Positions 33,001 to 35,758 of a DNA stretch of 35,758 bases are shown piece after piece. Location: the NCBI GenBank assembly GCA_002340085.1, contig DDKR01000153.1, positions 1 through 35,758 of the forward strand, given 5' to 3'. The translations under genes were made by a program, and so were the position numbers. The notes beneath the pieces are model-generated. The model did no database searches. It had not been told where the DNA came from and was given only the letters and a program-made list of their open reading frames with translations. The DNA comes from Candidatus Omnitrophica bacterium UBA2593 (lineage in GTDB: Bacteria; Omnitrophota; Gorgyraeia; Gygaellales; UBA2593). Within the stretch, counting starts at the first letter, position 1. Each line of letters opens with the position of its first letter.

Positions 33001-35758
33001 AAAGGTTGGATTAATTTATGGAAAAGAAGGATTCTATGAGAGCGAGAAAGAAGGACTGATAAATGGTAAGAAATATAGAGTGATTGTCATAGAGCCTCTC
33101 AAGGAACAGCCGGTTACCCCGCAAGATGGTCAATTTAAGACAAGAGATGATTCTGGGAATCCCAAGGGTCTTAACAAATCTTCTTTAGATCTATTTGTTC
33201 AAAAGCAGGTCTCTAGAGTTTTAGATAAAAGCGCAATTTCTCACAAACCTTCTGGAATTGCTCCTAAAACCGGTCTTTCTCCACCAAAGGAAGAGACAAG
33301 AGGTATAAACCGCTACTTAAGTTCATTAGTTGAATCTATAGTTAATATAACCAAATCTCTACTCAATCCTTTTGTATCTTCTCTTTATGCTGAAGAAGAA
33401 ATTAGTTCCTTCCGAGACACTTCTGTGAAGACACAGCCCATGAGTAAGTCATACAGAAAAGATCAAAACCATCCTCCCACTCCGGGAGTGGAGAATAAAG
33501 GTTGTCCTCAAAATTCGGACAAAGAGCAAGCCATTATATCACCAGAAGAAAAGTTTACCAGTATTGAGGGAGCATTAAAGGCAATCGGTGGACCCTATAA
33601 TCTACAAGCAATGCACTTCTTAAAAGAGAATTTACCTAAATTAGATCCCAGTGATCCAGGAAGAGAAGCAGCTGTTGAGATGCTCATAACCTACATTGCT
33701 GAAGAGCAAACCATAAAAGCTCAGATAGAAAAACTTAGAGAAGAGTTAAGTTTAAAATATGAGGGAGAAGCAGTAAAGGCAGCTAAAAAGGGAGATTATC
33801 AAAAGGCATTTAAATTCTTTGATATAGCTCTGCAATTAGATTCAAAAAATAAATTTGTATATTATTATCGAGGAGAGATCTTGCGTTCTTTGGGTTGGTT
33901 TGAAGAAGGTCTCAGAGATCATCTAAAAGTAATTGAGATAGATCCTAGAGATCCAGAAGTATATCGCCATATTACTCAAACTTATAAAGCAATGAGAGAA
34001 TATGAAAAAGCTATTTTCTATTTAAAGAAGATGATGGAATTATTAGATTCTGAAGAGAACTTCGATTATAACCAGTATCTCTATACTGAGTATTATAGAG
34101 GAGAGCATCCTTTCGTAGATTGGTCAAATTCTATCAAAAGATTACAATTTATCGAGATGTGGAGAACATCTTTAGCTAATCTTTATGCATTGAAAGGTGA
34201 TTATGAGAAGGCAATTGAGGAATACAATAAAATACTTTCCAGATGGTCTGATTATTTTGAAGCTCTTAACGGAAGAGCTATAGTTTATTTTAAGATAGGT
34301 GAATATGAGAAAGGGTTAAGAGATTATGAAGAATTGAAGGAGAGGAGATTAGAGGTCTTTCCTGACTTGGATGAATCGGTCAGTAAGTACCTTAAAGAGA
34401 AAGGTTGGTATCGTCTCGAAAGAGAATTGATGAAAATTATTGAAGAGCCGCGAAGGTTCATCCAGAGTTTAATTCAAGTTTTAAAGGACAAGGTAGATGT
34501 AGTAATTATAGACAGTCTACAGAGATGGGTTGAGGTGTGTCAGGAAAAAGGAGTGAAATCACAAGCAGCATTCTATGACAACAGAGACAATAAGATATAC
34601 ATCTATGTGGGATATGTTCAGGCGGTTGTCTTGGCTCATGAAGTAGTCCACAGTCTCCAAGCCAAATACTTAGAAGGAGATGTAACTGTTGAAAATAATC
34701 CTATCATAGAGATTTTTAACAAGATTCATAATTTGGTTTATCAGACAGAAGATTCAGATTTGATAGCTGGATTAGATGCTATCATACATTATCTCTATTA
34801 TGATCATAACAATCCTCTTAAAGATATTTGGTATGCTTATCGGCAAGGCCATCTAACTTATGAACAGGCAACGGAATCTCTTTTGGAGTTGTTTGGAGGG
34901 AAGATAGAGGAAGAATCTATTAAGGAAATTTTAATGACTTCTGAGGAAGAAAAGATAAACCGGATGTTAGAGAAAAATTTTAAGTTATATATTTCGGCGA
35001 TTGATGAATTTCTTGCCTATGTATATAGCTCAGCTGTAAATTATGATGTACCACTTATCAACAGATTAAGTGGGGAGGAAGCCCAGAAGCTTGCGCAGAG
35101 TGGCTACATTCATCCTTCTTCTAAAAGAATTGATATCAATGCGGCAACAGTATGGTTTTTGAACAAAATTCAGCAGTATCCCGAGATTAAAGATACTTTA
35201 AGAGATTATTATGAGAAAATACTAGGCCTACCTCTTCCTTCCATAATTAGTCTAGAGCTGCTCTCCTCTACGATAGAGAGTCATTTACCTGGACCTGTGG
35301 CTTATGATATTTTCCCACTTTACCATCCTAAAGGGAATCTAGTCTCTCACCGGCTCAGTTCAATCCCAGATCAAATTCCTATTAGAAGCAACCTTCCAAC
35401 TTCTTTTGGCTTCTTTGATAATTCACCTAAGTATCAAACGATTAAAGAAGCAATTTCTCAAGCAGAGGAGATAATAACCGTACCAGAAGCTAGTAAGAGA
35501 TTACCTGTAGATGGTAAAGAGGTATCAGTAAGATACTTTGTTCTTCCTTTCTTAGGTAAAAGAGCACCTCCAGTATTTGTCCACGCAAAGTTTGAAGAAG
35601 ACATTTTAAAGATCTATTTTTCACGGGATACCTTCAAATTGTTCTCTGAACACTTTAAAGGAAAACCCCTGACTACTGTTCTCCTTGCAATTGCCCGCCA
35701 CGAATATGCAGAACTTGTAGAAGGAAAATCCCATCAAGAAGCAATCCAAGCACAGGAA
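2..35758 (+). CDS. Single uninterrupted giant ORF (frame 2), truncated by both window edges; 11,919 codons of a multi-domain, membrane-anchored giant protein
   Basis: Manual codon-by-codon translation of frame 2 over every line found only sense codons. The supplied ORF track (which accepts ATG/GTG/TTG starts) lists no frame-2 ORF, as expected if frame 2 never reaches a stop. Every recognisable protein motif in the window lies in this frame. Confidence 0.9.
980..1170 (+). other. Domain in giant ORF: possible transglutaminase-like / papain-fold cysteine peptidase core
   Basis: Peptide NASLGPCVKIHAELGEVAKKLGIDLEMVYVEGLEEPHVALYDPEKRRIIDVT. Cys codon 1016-1018, His 1106-1108 and Asp 1145-1147 have the order and spacing typical of transglutaminase-core proteins. 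Motif-level recognition only. Confidence 0.35.
1271..1550 (+). other. Domain in giant ORF: TPR-like helical repeats
   Basis: LAQFYLKVGNLGEAARWAEKAYREDKKTKELADIFNNLGNAYGRKEG ... LLHCYKRARELYKLEGDNERAAKLSELIKFL shows the small/large residue pattern of TPR hairpins. Confidence 0.45.
3203..3238 (+). repeat. In-frame 18-nt tandem duplication (RILTNK/RILTNN)
   Basis: cgtatacttactaataaa followed immediately by cgtatacttactaataat; 17 of 18 nt identical. Confidence 0.9.
3548..3583 (+). repeat. In-frame 18-nt tandem duplication (SKISSL/SKISSH)
   Basis: tctaagatttcctct occurs at 3548-3562 and again at 3566-3580, a period of 18 nt. Confidence 0.9.
3605..3649 (+). repeat. In-frame 12-nt tandem repeat, about 3.75 units (AQCA AQRV AQRV AQW)
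   Basis: gctcagtgtgct gctcagcgtgtt gctcagcgtgtt gctcagtgg read directly from the sequence. Confidence 0.9.
5880..9300 (+). other. Region in giant ORF: long Lys/Glu/Arg-rich, probably alpha-helical / coiled-coil spacer
   Basis: The translation is dominated by K, E, R, Q, L and A with heptad-like spacing (e.g. KQEVRQMREERKSKGEIKQAIQQKKKDIKEMG). No catalytic motifs were recognised. Confidence 0.4.
9560..11150 (+). other. Domain in giant ORF: SecA-like / DEAD-box-like ATPase motor, copy 1
   Basis: Walker A: VMASGKTLLGTMAL (SGKT 9611-9622). GISLYLTKNTPLVKQ...FGLKL parallels SecA GVHVVTVNDYLA...LGLSV. Walker B: LVVIDEGQNIFLN (DEGQ 9971-9982). Second RecA-like lobe: GKIIIGTLNLVKEGLNFGEGIDIY ... 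LQGFARNNRIKKGDMVYFFYSPREL, resembling SecA VTIATNMAGRGTDI ... [23 protein letters not shown]. Confidence 0.6.
15840..16100 (+). other. Domain in giant ORF: minimal zincin-like module with HExxH (HEIKH)
   Basis: YYSPTTSAYYVETKGTILYREGRNAWIRLHEIKHALDD. HEIKH is encoded at 15941-15955, preceded by a beta-strand-like stretch as in small HExxH metallopeptidases. Confidence 0.35.
17234..17299 (+). repeat. In-frame 15-nt tandem repeat x4 (IAELN), organised as a 33-nt super-repeat
   Basis: atagcagagctcaac / atagcagaacttaac / aga / atagcagagctcaac / atagcagagcttaac. Confidence 0.9.
17735..17900 (+). other. Domain in giant ORF: LysM peptidoglycan-binding domain
   Basis: IYTVKPGDSLWKLAKEHFGDGSDWRKILELNPQL...LTGEERIIIQP matches the LysM consensus YtVk.GDtLw.IA...yGdg..w..I...N. 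A hydrophobic helix (SIIIGLLLLSLLPL, ~17610-17650) precedes it. Confidence 0.7.
17990..20120 (+). other. Region in giant ORF: membrane-embedded block with at least 8 hydrophobic helices
   Basis: Helix-length hydrophobic runs include WIGKVLSLVLGFAPFPLGIILP, YSIISIPALFNMVALSLLNFI, LGVLEMALGALLLAMM, IIAQNLAVIAVIILAILG, IFGGVSLAILGLLFIATLVGIAYIIF, VAICTCSILLFLLLGTLGWL, IVDFITLTVTLSLFTLFPLFL and ILFVIVISFKLLV. Confidence 0.6.
19380..19775 (+). other. Domain in giant ORF: isoprenylcysteine carboxyl / phospholipid methyltransferase-like (ICMT/PEMT family) C-terminal core
   Basis: LKTQGVYGYSRNPLYTLYLLLAAIL ... LPKEEGELLSKFEEAYKEYKEKVPRFV matches the family signature G.Y...R(H/N)P.Y ... EE..L...FG..Y..Y...V.R..P, and sits inside transmembrane helices. 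Confidence 0.55.
20459..20740 (+). other. Domain in giant ORF: CheD-like (chemoreceptor glutamine deamidase fold) Cys/His module
   Basis: VVIIQGEWAVTSATDENYKLATWGLGSCIGVLIYNPTTKIAAITHVDF parallels the CheD N-terminus IGIGEYAV...TLGLGSCVAVC..D...K.G..AHVMLP. The candidate catalytic Cys codon is 20540-20542. Confidence 0.55.
21130..21300 (+). other. Region in giant ORF: hydrophobic helical hairpin preceding hairpin-element copy 1
   Basis: IGGIGSLVSTVLATILLPALIPLAIIAGLSSIISGLIV ... ISLPFLFGL. Confidence 0.5.
21326..21393 (+). promoter_or_regulatory. Conserved intragenic RNA hairpin, copy 1 (22 bp, 21-nt loop containing ACCUCC)
   Basis: Pairs: 21326-32 with 21387-93; 21334-37 with 21383-86 (A21333 bulged); 21340-50 with 21372-82 (G21338 and U21339 bulged). 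Loop is uccuaaccuccaggauggccc. GGAGGU at 21401-21406 is complementary to loop ACCUCC at 21356-21361. Confidence 0.6.
21412..21705 (+). CDS. Nested 97-aa ORF in the -1 frame (window frame 1), fully overlapping the giant ORF; unknown function
   Basis: Listed in the ORF track. GGAGGU lies 5 nt upstream of the ATG. A paralogue at 23449-23736 differs mostly at third codon positions of this frame (24 synonymous versus 8 replacement codons in the first 91). The globular-looking sequence MCPIKFDKLQFDHIVEFTNDNTIFAAARQN...VYCRNGCADSWEQL...IPVYRING has no family I can name. Confidence 0.6.
   Translation: MCPIKFDKLQFDHIVEFTNDNTIFAAARQNSSHNSNGHLRLFLINQSTGNVYCRNGCADSWEQLRGSTRDTVIAQLIAARNNHIPVYRINGGGLQSD
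22250..22285 (+). repeat. Perfect in-frame 18-nt tandem duplication (KVTSLG x2)
   Basis: aaagttacatctcttggg occurs at 22250-22267 and is repeated exactly at 22268-22285. Confidence 0.95.
22380..22700 (+). other. Domain in giant ORF: minimal zincin-like module with HExxH (HEIAH)
   Basis: IIRANRELVFGGKEIEKDRNIKFFSGTIAHEIAHIIAYWPIEVREVDEFFADL. HEIAH is encoded at 22529-22543. Confidence 0.4.
23366..23433 (+). promoter_or_regulatory. Conserved intragenic RNA hairpin, copy 2
   Basis: Same fold as copy 1, exactly 2040 nt (680 codons) downstream. The only internal substitution (U21374 to C23414) turns a G.U wobble into a G-C pair. GGAGGU at 23438-23443 follows the hairpin. Confidence 0.6.
23449..23736 (+). 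CDS. Nested 95-aa ORF in the -1 frame, paralogue of 21412-21705; unknown function
   Basis: This is the inner part of track ORF 23329-23736. The ATG at 23449 is homologous to the copy-1 start and keeps the same GGAGGUGCAUU-AUG context. The ORF ends at TAG 23734-23736, and the giant frame 2 remains open throughout. Confidence 0.6.
   Translation: MCSIKFDKLQFDHIVEFTNDNTIFAAARQNGGYNGNGHLRLFLINQSTGNVYCRNGCADSWEQLTGSTRDTVIAHLIAAKNNHIPVYRINGKSQQ
23770..24120 (+). other. Domain in giant ORF: possible degenerate receiver/flavodoxin-like fold
   Basis: The alternating strand/helix pattern HILVFGPEH ... FQLLIIDG ... RPRIIILCSKD ... KIVFVED resembles CheY-like receivers, but the acidic pocket is not evident. 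Confidence 0.25.
23924..23947 (+). repeat. Perfect in-frame 12-nt tandem duplication (VTLS x2)
   Basis: gttacattaagt occurs at 23924-23935 and is repeated at 23936-23947. Confidence 0.95.
24250..24620 (+). repeat. About 125-aa transmembrane module, copy A (paralogue of 25480-25860)
   Basis: MGSLGGSILSLSFLYLPWPVVRGFFFSAGLRKYLALFTRSPSLTFACL...PPILRATVAVVLGLMAFVVIWERLAVLNLQETAPVNLPITT aligns with copy B along its whole length. Confidence 0.8.
24533..24603 (+). promoter_or_regulatory. Conserved intragenic RNA hairpin, copy 3
   Basis: Pairs: 24533-40 with 24596-603; 24543-47 with 24590-94; 24550-57 with 24582-89. Loop is uccuaaaccuccaggagacggccc. GGAGGU lies at 24611-24616. The -1-frame stop UAA (24604-24606) abuts the 3' end. 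Confidence 0.55.
25480..25860 (+). repeat. About 125-aa transmembrane module, copy B
   Basis: IVGLLGGILGFFYLTWLVGRKSIFPAGLEKYLALLIHSPPLTFSCL...PPILRATVTVVLGLMAFVVIWERLVALTSRMAPANLPITT. The last ~115 nt are nearly identical to copy A, while the first part is clearly more diverged. Confidence 0.8.
25775..25842 (+). promoter_or_regulatory. Conserved intragenic RNA hairpin, copy 4
   Basis: Pairs: 25775-82 with 25835-42; 25785-89 with 25829-33; 25792-99 with 25821-28. Loop is ccuuaaccuccaggauggccc. GGAGGA lies at 25847-25852. The -1-frame stop UGA (25843-25845) abuts the 3' end. Confidence 0.55.
26340..26680 (+). other. Domain in giant ORF: lytic transglycosylase (SLT / goose-type lysozyme-like)
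   Basis: GLPSGIMGAIIRAEMFG (candidate catalytic Glu codon 26384-26386) ... TSIGPTQVRIDT ... DDKFALEAGAKYIQWLVKKMG ... RLWVAYTAGH follows the SLT pattern ES ... GLMQ ... N...G..YL ... AYNAG. Confidence 0.65.
27170..28680 (+). other. Domain in giant ORF: SecA-like ATPase motor, copy 2
   Basis: VEIACSKGKTYILALAAL (GKT 27242-27250). FFDEVHLTLLGERLGNPFVIS (DEVH 27605-27616) resembles SecA [33 protein letters not shown] (28019-28036) resembles SecA GLHQAIEAKEG. GQPVLIRVEDISRVEKV...LDARTEAGERQRILESAGKPGAVTVVTAAGNTGIDISL resembles GQPVLVGT.SIE.SE...LNAK....EA.IIA.AG..GAVTIATNMAGRGTDI.L. GGLTVIAFGLLEDRLQEIQLMRRAARRGEPGEFIVFGSLEDRVVRLY resembles [47 protein letters not shown]. Confidence 0.8.
29275..30590 (+). 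other. Region in giant ORF: polytopic membrane domain with about 10-11 transmembrane helices
   Basis: Consecutive ~20-residue hydrophobic runs include VIAAVILSFVVYGLY, LVAIIVIAMVFLLFI, GVSLVIFGLSIFTG, VAFISIFALGLALITL, YYFAFSILVYLGVIFGLGYF, IYLSIVILGGGLLAYFIYMM, FAGILGSGALAGLLI, VQLTVILMFPLALVVLGKLIFGI, ALIINIIPTSIIFGGLLFLW, LIIAGVVLIIILATLAF and TVLGVGAVGGMTMV. Confidence 0.7.
31120..31600 (+). other. Domain in giant ORF: M23 (LytM/lysostaphin-type) metallo-endopeptidase
   Basis: IPHTGLDFCVPKGTPIYAALEGVVIFSGELNGYGKTIIIKHSEGCYTLYAHNQENLAREGEKVSQETVIAKVGRSGNAGQVGEMLHFEVIE. The HxxxD motif starts with His codon 31238-31240, and the LHFE motif contains His codon 31487-31489. Classic M23 order and spacing. 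Confidence 0.85.
31650..31850 (+). other. Domain in giant ORF: TPR repeats
   Basis: LLNSGIEYYNQGDFKTAITIFSEGINLNPSFSEGYFWRGATYYHLKQYYEMIEDFKRS. Confidence 0.65.
32080..32790 (+). other. Domain in giant ORF: S8 subtilisin-like serine peptidase
   Basis: Asp in VIFVLDKGVN (32099-32101), His in SHGTFVAKVI (32180-32182), oxyanion Asn in VAGAGNEG, and Ser in YGTSFSAPYVAGLIAK (32681-32683). This is the canonical D-H-N-S order. Confidence 0.8.
33740..34340 (+). other. Domain in giant ORF: TPR repeat array (about 5-6 repeats)
   Basis: GEAVKAAKKGDYQKAFKFFDIALQLDSKNKFVYYYRGEILRSLGWFEEGLRDHLKVIEIDPRDPEVYRHITQTYKAMREYEKAIFYLKKM ... LANLYALKGDYEKAIEEYNKILS ... ALNGRAIVYFKIGEYEKGLRDYEEL. Confidence 0.75.
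34540..34900 (+). other. Domain in giant ORF: minimal zincin-like module with HExxH (HEVVH)
   Basis: AAFYDNRDNKIYIYVGYVQAVVLAHEVVHSLQAKY. HEVVH is encoded at 34637-34651, in the same strand-then-HExxH layout as the modules at 15.9 and 22.5 kb. Confidence 0.4.

Noticed and set aside
1-35758. Search for CRISPR arrays, rRNA/tRNA genes, promoters, terminators and intergenic regulatory regions.
   Set aside because: No repeat-spacer periodicity and no rRNA or tRNA-like conserved blocks were seen. There is no non-coding gap, because the sense frame is continuous from edge to edge. No such features can be supported.

Overview
The whole 35,758-nt window is coding sequence of a single gene. Frame 2 of the + strand (codons 2-4, 5-7, ...) has no stop codon from position 2 to 35758. 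That is 11,919 sense codons, which I translated line by line. The window is therefore an internal fragment of a giant ORF whose start and stop both lie outside it. No intergenic DNA, rRNA, tRNA, CRISPR array or recognisable transposase is visible. The sequence is AT-rich with a purine-rich sense strand.

Motif-level reading of the translation gives a modular, repeatedly membrane-anchored protein. In order, the recognisable parts are:
- a transglutaminase-like Cys/His/Asp core (~1.0 kb) and TPR-like repeats (~1.3 kb)
- a long Lys/Glu-rich helical region (5.9-9.3 kb)
- SecA-like ATPase motor no. 1 (9.6-11.2 kb) and an HExxH module (15.9 kb)
- LysM (17.7 kb) and a membrane block containing an ICMT/PEMT-like methyltransferase motif (19.4-19.8 kb)
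- a CheD-like Cys/His deamidase fold (20.5 kb) and a second HExxH module (22.5 kb)
- a lytic-transglycosylase (SLT) domain (26.3 kb) and SecA-like motor no. 2 (27.2-28.7 kb)
- a block of about ten transmembrane helices (29.3-30.6 kb)
- an M23 peptidase (31.2 kb), TPR, an S8 subtilase (32.1-32.8 kb), more TPR (33.7-34.3 kb) and a third HExxH module (34.6 kb)

The most unexpected signals lie at 21.3-25.9 kb. First, there are four copies of a 68-71-nt hairpin inside the coding sequence. Its arms co-vary between copies while a CCUCC-containing loop is conserved. Second, directly after two of these hairpins sit two paralogous ~95-codon ORFs in the -1 frame, each with GGAGGU-N5-ATG. Differences between the two ORF copies are mostly synonymous in the -1 frame (24 synonymous versus 8 replacement codons), yet the giant frame stays open through both. 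This points to genuine dual coding or recoding inside a giant gene. All minus-strand ORFs in the supplied track look like antisense artefacts. Taxonomic origin cannot be established from the sequence alone. Giant multi-domain ORFs of this style have been reported mainly from uncultivated Omnitrophota.
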